The translations under genes and the position numbers were made by a program. A stretch of 64,000 bases of DNA, from NCBI GenBank assembly GCA_013265495.1, contig MU058221.1:2604001-2668000 (forward strand), written 5' to 3'. How positions within the stretch are numbered: the stretch's first letter is position 1; each line of letters opens with the position of its first letter. The DNA is from Vicugna vicugna (taxonomy: Eukaryota). The notes beneath the pieces were generated by a model that ran no database searches, was not told the DNA's origin, and saw only the letters and a program-made list of their open reading frames with translations. Positions 12,691 through 24,393 of the stretch are shown here, in pieces.

Positions 12691-13499
12691 TGAGAACAAT
12701 TTTCTCTTCAAAGGAAGATCATTCCAACCATAAAGTTACGGCTGAGTTTTTTTAATCCATGAGAATCTTGTTGCTATTGTGGTTTTAAAAAGATAATGGA
12801 GATTCTGTTTGGTTTGGTTTGAACTGCGTTACTGCAACAATGAAAACATAGAAAAGAAAGGAAAACAGAAACTAGTCAAACTTCCAAGTGAATAATTTAT
12901 CAAAGAAGATGGTTATTATTATTTTTTGCCTTTGCTTCTGCTTGTTACCATCATAAGGGAAACATTCCTCATGACCTCGGGCTGTGGGTTCATTGTTATC
13001 ACGTTTAGCATTCTAGCGCCCGGCGGAACAGAGATTAGAAACACTATGCTTTCTCACAAAGCATCTCTTTTGATTTTGATACAGAAGTTACACAGAGGCC
13101 TGAGATAGAACATTGGTATAAAATTCTGAATTCTGATCATTTAGCTCAAGTTTCTTTTTTAATTTTGCTTTTATCATCTCAAGCGCACACATTTGTGTTT
13201 GAAGGCGGTAACAAAACATCCTTGTGTTTACTTAACCCCTAAATATCGGGAGAAGGGAAGAAAACATAGATTTGCATGGAGTTGACTATGAACATACGTG
13301 TAACCATCTTGAGAATGTATTTATGTTTATCAGCTTCTTTTTTTTTTATGTTAGAGAAAACCAGCTTTAGAGATCGAATGATGTTAGCTGTGTACTGGAA
13401 AACTCTAAGCTCAAGTGTGTTCCTGAATTTTTTTTTTAAACTGTAATGTCACAAATATTGAATTTCCTAAATCAGAAATTATTTCTCTTTTCTTAATAG

Positions 13500-13580
13500 A
13501 CTGGAAGGAAAGAAAAAGGAGACCCTCTAAACATTGCAATTGATAAGATGACCAAGAAAACAAGAGACCTAAGGAGACAG
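13500..13580 (+). CDS. CTNNA2: Alpha-N-catenin internal coding exon (exon 8 equivalent, 81 nt)
   Basis: Acceptor tttctcttttcttaatag and donor CAG|gtactg. Translates TGRKEKGDPLNIAIDKMTKKTRDLRRQ, which matches CTNNA2 as recalled. Confidence 0.96.
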
Positions 13581-15949
13581 GTACTGTTTTTTTGTTTTCA
13601 TTTTAAGTGCATGGTACTTGGTGGTGGCTTCCGAGCATTCCTCTTTCAGGGCGCTGTCTTAGGGCTGATGCTCAAGTTGCTGTTCTTTATAACATCCACG
13701 TACACGCAGAAACTTTTCATCAAGAAGGTGGTCTGCTGAGCAGACAGATGTGACAGGTGCAAAGGGTGTGGCGATGAAAGTAACCTCTGCAAGGTTTGGG
13801 GGAGCCCTCTCACTGCCAAGACACACTCTTCCCAGGTGGAGAGTTGATGAATTCTTTGCCTTCTACATCTGGTTTTCAGTTTTTCAGGCCCCGGTGTGCA
13901 AAGAACCAGTCTCTGGTTTCTGCTCGTTCTTACCTAGACTCCCAAGGCAATGAATGAATAAACAAGAATGCTGATGCTTTGTGAGAAATGCAGCTCTTAA
14001 TCTGATGGGCTAATTAAGGTCTCTGACCCAGTGTATTCCCTTGGGGGCATAAATCTAGGGGGAAATGTTGCTTATCAGATGGTTATCTGGGAAGCAGGGA
14101 ACCAAAGCAAGGAAAGGTGATTGGATGATTTAAATGGCTATTGGCATCATTAGTCTGAAGAGTCCTGTTGGGGGAGGGGGTTAGGAATCTGGTCAGAGCC
14201 ACTCTTCATCTTGAGTGCTGTGTGAGCACCGGTGCATGCGGTCCCGTGAGCCTTACTTTCTGTGTTGGCACATGAGCTCCGTTTCCTCTGTGCTGTTCTT
14301 TCTCTAGAAGAGACGCGAGCACCCCATTGAGTTTCCGTACGATCCCTTCGTGCTGTCTGTCTGAGAGGCATCCTGTCTCCTGCTGGTAGCCTTTGCATAT
14401 GTCCATCTCATGTGCTAAGCATTGACTGTGTGGGTCATCTGGGACCGACCAGCCACTGCCCTGGGGCAACACCTGCTTTGCTTTCCGCAGCTGGAGAAGC
14501 TAGACTGGCACGGCTGCATCAGAGCACTCAGCAGGGTGTCAGGTATGGACAAGAATAGCGAGGTACCTGGGCTAGAATAGCCAAGGAGCATCTTAAAAAA
14601 TGGTTAGAGGGAAAGGAAGACACCACTTCAGCTCACTGCTGGGCTGTCTTCAGGAGCTCACCAGAGGGTACAGACACACCTGAGCTAATGTCCCCCAGAA
14701 GACACCACAATTAGTTCTGGGATATGAGGAACCTAGTTTGAAGCCCTTCTGGGGAAAGCATTTTCTTTTTCTTTTACCTTGAAATAAGGGAGAATAAAGC
14801 AATGTCTTCTTCGGCATTAGTAAGTGGTAACTACCGATGTAGCTTACCAGATGGACGTTGCCAGCAGTAACCAACCAGATGCATGGCCGGGTCCATCTCT
14901 CCTTGCCCTCTTAGACCATCCCTCCGTACAACGCCCCAGCTGACATGAAAGTGTACGGGTAGTGGGAATTGGGATTGGGGTTCGTGGAAAACGATGCCCG
15001 GAAAACAGGTGTCTGGAGTCCAGGGTTTGACTAAGCTGGCAGTGCGTCCGTGGATCCTTCATCTCTTGGTCTTCTTCAGGAGATCTGTAAAAAGAAGGAG
15101 CCAAACTAGATCTGCAAGCTATCTTTGCATGAGTCCCTTCATCTCCTATGCCCGAGGCCCTAATGTCTGATGATCATGGACTTCAAAAGCAGTGAGACGG
15201 CAACAGGCATCTTCTCTAGGGTTTGCCTTTGGCTGGATCGTCAACCGGGCAAAGTCCATGAACTGAGTCTGAACCTCCTCCTCTAGTCTTAGTAAGGACC
15301 ATTCGTTCACATTCAGGAGCCAGCACCCTAAGTTCTCCGCATTCACGGACCTATCACAGCAATTTTTTTGTTTTACTTACCAGGAAGGAGTGGATAAAGT
15401 AGTTTTTACCTTGGTGTTACAATTCTCAGAAAGGTGTGGACTCTTTTTAGCTGCAGGCAGTGGTAAAATTTGAAGGTGGACTTCATGGTGGAATTTTAAA
15501 TGCTTCAGTATCCAGATCCTTGGAGAGCTTCTTTCAGGGTGGCAGTGGAAGGAATATGTCATCCTCTCAAATGATTCCATGTGCAAGATTTTTTTCTTTG
15601 TCTGCTCACCTTTCTCAAAGCTTGAACAAGGGTAAGAGAGAGTTGCTTTGTGACATTAAGATCCAACAGTTACGGACGGCATAATTTCACACCGCCTCCC
15701 TGAATTTGGTTCAGACATCCTTCTCTTTGCTAGTATGCCTTTCTAGGACTAAGATGGTCCCCATCTGTTAGCTCCATCCTTATCCGTATGTTGGGATATT
15801 TTCATCTTCTTTTCCATCTCTCCTGTTTCACCATGTACACCTGTAGTGGTACAGAAACGTCTCTGGTCCAAATAAATGCTACCTAGCATTTCTGCGGATG
15901 GAATACACAAAGACTGTGATCAGCTCGGCTCAGGGAAATCTTCAGTTTA

Positions 15950-16070
15950 TTTTTTTTAAAACATATTTATTTATTTTTTAAAGTATTTTTAATGGAGGTA
16001 CTGGGGATCGAACCCAGGACCCCGTGCACACTAAGCATGTGTGCTACCACTGAGCTATACCCTCTCCCCT
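15950..16070 (-). mobile_element. tRNA-Ala-derived camelid SINE (Vic-1-like)
   Basis: ggggatcgaacccaggac...ctaccactgagctataccct; tcttcagttta repeated at 15939 and 16116. Confidence 0.9.
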
Positions 16071-17744
16071 ATTAGGTTTATTTTAAAAAATTAATTAATT
16101 ATTATTTCTCATAGGTCTTCAGTTTAGATTTGGGTGGCTAGTTAATTGGATTAACAAGGTTTTATCTGAATCTCTGATAGGAGCTTTGTAGTGGCCGAGT
16201 GAATGCCAGTGGTTCACATAAATGTCTCCCCGTTGCTGGAACACGTTCGGTTCTTTCAGTGACAGACACTCCTTTGTTAGAAAACATTCTAGGTGAGAGC
16301 CATCAGCTATCCATGCTCACCTATATTCCTTTATACAACATTTAGAGAAATAAAATCACATAGGGGGAAAAACCTGAAATCAACGAAAAATATTTCTCGT
16401 GGCTTTCGCGAGTCCCCACTCTTTCAGCCTCCCACCTCTTCCTCGTAGCCCCGCAGTTGGGCGGCATCCTTCAGAAGGTGACAGGGGAGTCTTGCAAAGT
16501 TCTAGCCACCAAATTAAAAAGAAATAAAATGAATAGTAATCTTTGGACTTCCCTCATAAAAGAAAGTGGACTTATGTTTGTAGACGTGAAAAAAAATCGA
16601 GTAATTGAATAGAAAGGGATTTCTAAGAACAATTTCCAAGTAAGTAGAACTCCCTTTTTTCGGGCAGTATGCCCCAAGGAACTGGGGAGCCAGAAACTGT
16701 GAAAAAGGCCACAGGAACCCAAGGGTGACATTTAAACTGGTTGGCGTGGATCCATCTTGCCAATTAAACCCGGGAGAGCAGGCAGTGGTGGAACAGAAGC
16801 CTTTGGGAGTGTTTTGTTTGGGAATTAAAAGTGGATTTAGGGGACTGTAACTGCCAGCCTCGAGCATTATGTTTTAATTTTAGAGCTGCGGGCACAGTAT
16901 GCCCCACGTCTGTGCCATTGCCACTGCTGTGGTTCTGGAATCAGCCCATTATAAAAACAAAAGCTTTTGGCTGACTCCCTGCCTGAGTACCTCGTAGCCC
17001 ACATGGTCTGCCCACCCCTTTGAGAGGGCCTAGCTGGGGTCTGCCAGCGGCCCCGCCGTGTCCGCCTTCTGTGTGACACCTGTCAGCCATTCTAGGCATG
17101 GCCTCTTGATTTTCCTCAAGCTTACGGCGATGCCAGTTTATGCGGATTATTATTTTGGTCCTTGTATTAGTCCTTTATTTTTTTCCTGCAAGTTGATAAG
17201 CTAATCAGGACCTAAATATTTCCCTGTGAGAAGCTAATAGTCATCATGACAAGCTAGGGTGTTGCTAAACTTAGCAACTCTCTTTCATTCCCCAAAACCA
17301 ATCAATGGCCTGATTCCGATTCCTTCACCCTTAACGGCCAATCACAGTAATTCCAGCAATGAGTCTCAGCAAATGTCGCCTTGACAGAGGTATCAGTTTT
17401 GCTATCACAATCAAAACACTTTCAACAGACAACAAAAACCGTGCATCGGATGCTCTTACATTGGGATGCGTACTTCATAGAATGGATTATATCACGAAGG
17501 ATTAAAAGCAAACAAGCAAGACATGTCCCTGGATAGACCGTTAAAGGTCAATGTATCAAGACCCTGCCTTCCTCCAGGACTTCAGAAAACGCTTCCAAGG
17601 TTAATAAGAACTCGTTACAGCTGAATATTCTTCAGCTGTCCCCTTGGTGACCCAGTTCCTTATATAAGAACTGCGACTGCAGGTCATCGGTGAGAGCTTT
17701 TAAAATCACTGTCCACAGAAACGTAAACTAAATTACAGCAGACG

Positions 17745-17955
17745 AGTAACTGAGTCCTTACAATGCGCCAGGCACTATTCTAAGCTCTTTCCATGAGTGG
17801 ACCACGTTTGATCCTCATACTGGCTCTGTGAGATGGAAAAGGTTGCCACCATGCCCATTTTACAGATGAATATGTGAAGCCAAGCGATGCGTGCATGGCC
17901 AGACAAAGCATGGGTGCACGAGGTCCCAGCCCAGGCAGTCTGGCTGTGAGGTCTT
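17745..17955 (-). mobile_element. MIR SINE
   Basis: Core cccattttacagatga and 3' gccaggcactattctaagc. Confidence 0.8.
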
Positions 17956-19149
17956 TTCTCGTGACCCTTCCCCATCCTGCCAATCCACAGAACCAGAGGG
18001 TGCAGGTGGGTCACCTGGGTACGAATCTCCTTGAGGGGGATGCAACTGCAGGGGAAAGGAGGATTCACATAATAGGTAGAGATGCTTTGTGGTTTCCAGC
18101 AGCATGTTTGCTGCTCTGGGGTTGGGGATGGGCAACATGCATGTATTTAAGACAGAAAAAAAATAAGTGGTGCATGTCAGAAACCTGGTTCTCGTTTGTG
18201 ATAGGATATCATCTCTCAGGTCTCCAGCTGTCATGGTCCATTGGATCTTCTTTTTAAGAAAAAAATGCCATTATGTTTGGGGAGCCAGCTTCTCAAAGCC
18301 TGAATTACAGACTTTTCAAAACATTTACAGAAAAAAAAAGGAATATTAAGGCATTCAGTTCTTTTTCTCACATCTGCTCATGATGGGGCCAATTATTTTT
18401 AGATTCATTGTAAGAAAACATTTTGAAATCCTTTATTTCCAGACTTGAAGCTGCTTTTCCTCATAAAGATGGGAAGCTATCTTTATGGCTCCAATGAAAG
18501 TACTTAAAAACAAAATACTGGTTTCCTCCAAATCGGTTAAAGGGTTGTGTTCTTCACACTGAGAACCTGCGTCAGAGCGAATATCCCTGGCGTTTGGTCC
18601 CGGGGTCAGAGTGCCAGGACGCTGCAGGAATATGGGGACCAGAAGATGACCACACAGCAGTTGGGGTTTGAAACACAGAACATAAGCAACTCTGAGACAC
18701 CACTGGCCTCAGAAACACCAAAGATCAGAATCAAAAAGGCCGGAAGGAGAGGGCAGAGGGAGGAAGGGGCCCAATGCTGTGAAAGGCCGTCTTTGAATGT
18801 ACCCCTTGCTCACGGGTTGTATATTCAAGCTGCCTCTTCCTTAGGAAAATCCTGGCCCAGCGGCCCTGAATGTCAGGCCACCGCCTACTTACCCACCTCC
18901 TGGCAAACGTTCATTAGGCCAAGTTTAAGGCACGTGATCATATCAATTGGAAACAGTTCCTGAAATATCGCTGTGGGCAAGCTCTTCCCTTAGAGCTTAG
19001 AGACGTGAAATCGTGGCGCGGTGTCATTGACCCCCGTGAGCCAGCGTGACGGCTCGCACACGAGAGCAAACTTGCGGAGGACACTAGACTCGACCTCTTC
19101 CTCTCGCTAGCGAGAGATCAGTAGCTTGATCAATACTGATTCGTCAAAT

Positions 19150-19717
19150 TGTTCCCCAACAAAAGTCTGTGTGCCCGACGCACGGGGAGGCCAAGGGAAT
19201 GAAACGGGTGAAATCTCAGAGTTTGGAGCAGGGAAAGGCTTATCGCAGGGCCGAGCAAGGAGAACAGGGGGCTGGTGCTCAGAAGAGAACCCCGAACCCC
19301 CTGGTAGTTTCTGGGGGAAATGTTTACAGGCCAGATTTGGAGTGGGGGCTGTGGGGAGTGTGACTTTCTTCTGGTTGGTTGGTGGGGAGGGTAACAGGGG
19401 ATCCAGGGCTCAGCCTGAAGTTGCCATCCTCCACCTGAGTAGGGGCCGGAGTTTCGGCAGAAGAACTCAAAGGTACTGTTACACATATTCCTTGAGAGGG
19501 AACCAGGACCCTGCCCCATGGCTGCACTATTGTTTCTTGACTGTTCCCCCCTGAATCTGCATTCCCTCCCTTCCCTGATTAACAGCTGTTTGAATCTGCT
19601 CTTTGGAGCTCAGGGAACTTCAAGGAGGCTGCATGAAGCCTATTTCCTACAAACAAGAAATGGGAGACAGAAAGGATTTGGACCAGGGAGGACCACACAG
19701 GGTCCTGCTCCGTTTCA
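19150..19717 (-). mobile_element. ERV1-type solo LTR, 568 bp (MER41-like start on the minus strand)
   Basis: TG...CA termini and perfect 4-bp TSD aaat on both sides. Confidence 0.88.
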
Positions 19718-21205
19718 AAATAACATTGCTATGCCGAGCAAAGGGAGCTGCGGCAGATGTATGGATGGAAACTGCTCGATCAAGTGGAAGCTTCAGCTTC
19801 TGGTTTCTTCTCTTCCGCGGATGGCTCCAGGCCCCAGAAGTCAAGGAGGAGCGGGATGGGGAGGGAGAAACCGCGATGCCTGAGTCTCACAACAGTCAAG
19901 GGAACGTCTGCTTTTGGTCCTGCCTCTGACACCTCCTGTTCTAGGCAATGAAAACGCCATTCAGAATCTTGATCCTGACACTGGAAGATCCACAATAAGA
20001 TTATTAAAAAAAAATTCCATCTTATTTTCCAGGATGAAATTCCTAAGCAGAAAGACTTGGAAGATGACGATTTAAACAACAAGGATTTTTATTCATTAAT
20101 CTATTTTTAGAATGTCCTAATGTTAGGTAGGTAGATACATGAGGGCATGAGGCAGATAGGTGGAGGAGAGGGAGGGTGGTCTGTATGCCCGCCTCCAGCC
20201 TGAAGGGGCTTTACTTCTTCTAAACGAGTGCCAGCGAGAATCCGGTTAGAACCCAAGAGCCACGACTACCCGGTAGCGAGAAGGACCTAGCTGGACGTGA
20301 CCCAGTGTTCATTGTACTATAATTGGCATTGCGGTTTAGGACTCCCCATGGATTTTTCTGTGTGCATCATGGGTAAGGGCACGTGCAAAAGGGACAAACA
20401 TGGCTATGCCCTCCAGGACAAGAGCATCAATCAATCAAGAGACCACCTCTAAGCGAGGGTGTAAGAGAAGTGGCGATAAAAGACCACCGCTGTTTCCTCG
20501 CTTGGATCAGCCCGCCTCCCGTTCTTGGAGGTCTATGTAACGCTTTGCTACATAGCGCTCCGTCTCTTCTCTGAATCCTTACCTTTTGGGGATGACAAGA
20601 ACTGGGGTCTTTTCTCCTCTTTTGGGGGTGACACTTACAGCTTACCGAAACGCTCATTTCAAAACACCCATCCTGGCTTAGCCCCTGTTTAACTGTTGGA
20701 GGCCATGTTTAGGCTGGGGTTTGTTATCTGAGACAGTCCCAGAACGGGAGATAGTTTTAACGTATGTTGCCACCACGGCCTGAACTGAGCTCTTCCTAGC
20801 ACTGATGGTCGTCTTGACTCCGACAGCGTCTTCAGTGGATCTTTGCAGCCAGCTTGTGGCCAAATAGTTCTTGGTCCATGTGACCCCCTCCCTGCTGAGG
20901 TTACCTTTTATTACCTGAAATGGCTTCTGGCATCAGTTTTCCCAGGGGAAATTTCTATCAGCACAGCTGATTTTTCTTTATCTCCCTATTTCCCAAGAAG
21001 GCTGGATAAATCCGAGATTTGGGAAGTGAGTCATCTTCCTGCAGGTTCTGCCTCTCCTGCTGGTGGAAGCCCTGATTCACTCCAGGATCACAGCACTCTG
21101 TGCCTTCCTGGCTCCCGTGCATGTCATTGATGGCTGAGAAAATCCACCATTGCTCTTTGCTTGGGTAGAACACTGATAAAGGTGATCGTGGTTGTAATAT
21201 TCATC

Positions 21206-21812
21206 TGATACAGGAAGAAATGGGCGGGGGGAGCATGAGAGGATGGCCATGTCCCAGGTCTTGGTCATGTCCCTGGGACGCACCCTGCCAAGTGAGGGTC
21301 CTTGGCTTCACGCAGGAAATAATTCAAAAGCGAGCCACAGTTGAATAACAGTAGATTTATTCTGAGAGGTGTACACCCCATAGACAGGGTGCAGGGCATC
21401 TCAGAGGCAGGAGAAAGCTTGAGGCATGAGGCGTGGGGGCGTCGGTTAAAGTTGAAGTAAGCACACCCTCCACAGAGTGTGGAGCACCCCAGAAGGTAAG
21501 AGGGAGTGCGGGGCTGTGAGGCGTGCTGTTGATAGTTTCTATGTGCTAACGCATGAGAGGGTTATTCCAGCTGCTTTGGGGACGGGGTGGGGACTCCCAG
21601 GACGTGGGTCACTGCCCTCTCTTTGACCTTTCACGGCTAGCCTCAGAGCTGCCGTGGTGCCTGTGGGTGTGTCATTCCCCGTGCGGGTACATCCCAACGT
21701 GTATCACGTAACGCTAGGTCCACTGGAGGTTGACTCTCCGGCCGTCTTGGGCTTCAAGGTCTACTGGGAGCTGACTCTTCCACCATCTTGGTGCTAATTG
21801 CCTCCAGTCTCA
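21206..21812 (-). mobile_element. ERV1-type solo LTR, 607 bp
   Basis: TG...CA termini, perfect 4-bp TSD catc, reverse polyA signal tttatt at ~21356, imperfect ~40-bp internal repeat at 21717-21791. Confidence 0.88.
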
Positions 21813-21816
21813 CATC

Positions 21817-22550
21817 TGCTTGCTTTATGTGTCCTTAGCCAATCACTGTCCTCCTTCGTGTCCGAATGAAATTCCAGAATACCTTAAAGCCAGACCCTTA
21901 CCCAACCCTACACAACCGCATGCCTTCCACCTCGATCAGCTTTTCAGCAGCGTTCCAACCCTGTGCAGCTCCTTCCAGTGTTGATCTTTAAGTTCCCATC
22001 AGCCATGTAGTCCAGTTGATTCTACCTCCTAACTGTGTTTCGAGTGCATTCCTTCCTCTCAGCTCCCATTGGCACCACTTAATTGCTTTTCACGGGAATG
22101 ATGGCCATAACCTCACAACCAGTGCCTTCCGCTCGCTCAGTGTCGCTCCAGCAGTCTTACAAGCCAGTGTTCATTCACCCATTCTCGTGCCTTTGCACTT
22201 GCTGTTACTTCTGCCAAGAATGCCCTCTTTCCCTCCCTTTATTTTTCCTTCCAGGAAAATTTACAGCTTTTCCAAATGTCGTCCCTTATTCCTTTTTATT
22301 TTTCCTCTTAGGAAAATTCACATTTTTTCCTACAAGGCATAGCTTAAATGTCACCTTATCATCACAACTTTACCCAATTCTTATAAACAGGGTTTACCCT
22401 AAAGCCTTTAAAAATAGCTTCATTATGACACTTTTTGCAGTAGATTTAAGTTGTTGATGTGTTTTTCCCTGTGCCTTAATATTCTTTGTTTCTTCACAAC
22501 GTATCTTACTGCCCAAAATAAAGTAAACCACAGGTGTTGAAAGAATAAAG
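21817..22550 (+). mobile_element. L2 3' relic (probably continues upstream of the LTR)
   Basis: gcctttgcacttgctgttacttctgccaagaatgccct is a typical L2 motif; ends gttgaaagaataaa. Confidence 0.7.
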
Positions 22551-24308
22551 AATCCTCTGTATGCAGCCAACCCACCGAAAATATCTCAGCCATCAACTTC
22601 CTTCCGTTCTAAACTCTCATGTCTTTGGTTCCATTGTTTCAAGAACAAGATTTGTTAGCTTCAACAGCCCATTTTTACTGTGATAATAACAGCTTTTTTT
22701 CCATTTTAAGGGAGAGCTTCTGTGCCTTCACCCAGGAGTTTCCTGTTGCTGGGCTGGCTTTAGAAAAGTCAGCTCAAGAACCTGCCGAAACGCAGGTGCA
22801 GGTTTACCCCACTTTTTGAAAGTTCATTTTGTGCCATTTTGCTTGGAGGAAAGTCCTACCTTTGTTCCTCTTTTTGCTAGCTGAAAGAAATCTGGAGGAT
22901 ATTTCCTTTTGCACAAAAGGGGGAAAAGTGAAAATACTATTCAGCACTGGTGTTGCAGCCAGCTCTTAAAGAGGCAGAGCACACCCCAGGCAGCAAGAGT
23001 GGCCCCACCAAGCTCCTTCCTCGGGAACTGTACACATCCCGCAGCTCAGCATGCAGCCCGTGGCTTTGAACTGCGTCTGTGATTTATCTTGATTTATTTT
23101 GTGCATCGGTTAGCAAGGTGCGTCCAAAGGTAATTGCTTCTTCATTTTACACCATTTCGGCTTGCGGAAAGGTTTCACAGGAATGCCCTACTTTCGGATA
23201 GTGGGGGAAACATGTATATGGCTCCATCTTGGGAAATTCTGATTTCATGTACATTTGGTGGCAGCTTAAACTCTGTATCGTAAAATGCTTTCCAGGTAAT
23301 TTGTGATGTTCTGGCCGGTTGGAATTCCACTGCCTTTGTTTGTGATGGTGGGAGCTTTCAGATCTCATCACGGTGCTTTGGAGGATTTATCTGAAGGTTG
23401 GTTAAGCCTCCAACCCCTCTGCTAGGCCTCCCCGCTTCATGGAAACAGTGCGTGTTTTGAGGGAGGGAGAAGCCCCCCTTGAGCCTCCTCTCCCCATGGG
23501 CCAAGATTAGAAGTGGATGGTCTGAGTGTTCCCTGGGCTGTGTTGAAGGGCTTGGCAAGTTCTGTGCTCTCTGGGGCAGGGCCAAGAGGAGGGTGAGGGG
23601 AAGGAGGCACTCGCCTCTGGCACAGCATTTTAGGGAGAGCCGAAAAGCTCAGTAATCAAGATAAATCGTATTTTATGTGCTATTTTAGGAAATTGAAATT
23701 AGTGCAAAAAAATTGCATGATGAGCGACCCATCAACCTTGTAAATAAAGACAGGGCCAGTAACAGGGCAGTGCTGAGCGAGCTTGAAGCCTGAAGCAAAA
23801 GGAAAAGAAAAAATCCAGTAGCACTGATCTGGTTTTGATTTACAGTGCTGCTGTCCTGTTTATGATGTATGACTCTTCCCCTGAGCCTTGGCTCTGCGCC
23901 ACAGCATCTGTCCGTTCAAGTCTCCACTGCACCTGCTCTATGAGCAAGTTTCTCCCCGAAGTCTCGGTGTCAGGTGGCTTTCTTTTCTTCGCCTACATTA
24001 GTGGCAAAAGGGCTGACTTCAATTTTATGATGAGATGATACTTTGGACACCAGATTTGAAGACCTGTTTGAATTGTGGTGTCTTTCAGGTTGTGTGGCTC
24101 CGAATGCGTTTCTTTGTGATGTTTATCACAGTGACACGAGCTTTTTTATGGCACTCTGAAGTGCTTCAGAGAAAATGGGAGAGCATTTTAATACTGCTGA
24201 TTTACTCTTTCAGGTCTACAGTAATTTCCTTACTGCCTAATTATAAGGCTCTGCTTAATTTACTCTACACATAATGTTTACTGATGCACATATGGTGCCA
24301 CATTTCAG

Positions 24309-24393
24309 GAAACTGTACCCAGAACAGGTATTTTTGTCAGGCTGGAGCATGAAACTGTACCCAGAACAGGTATTTTTGTCAGGCTGGAGCATG
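24309..24393. repeat. Perfect 42-bp tandem duplication
   Basis: gaaactgtacccagaacaggtatttttgtcaggctggagcat x2. Confidence 0.95.

Noticed and set aside
1..13499. Nested LRRTM1 gene expected antisense in CTNNA2 intron 7
   Set aside because: No long leucine-rich-repeat ORF on the minus strand, so it must lie upstream of this window.
13581..13739. ORF-track extension of MTKKTRDLRRQ
   Set aside because: Catenin similarity stops at the splice donor at 13580; the remainder is intron read-through.
22711..22801. Acceptor ttttttccattttaag followed by a possible exon
   Set aside because: Donors (gtgcag, gtttac) are weak and nothing else supports it.
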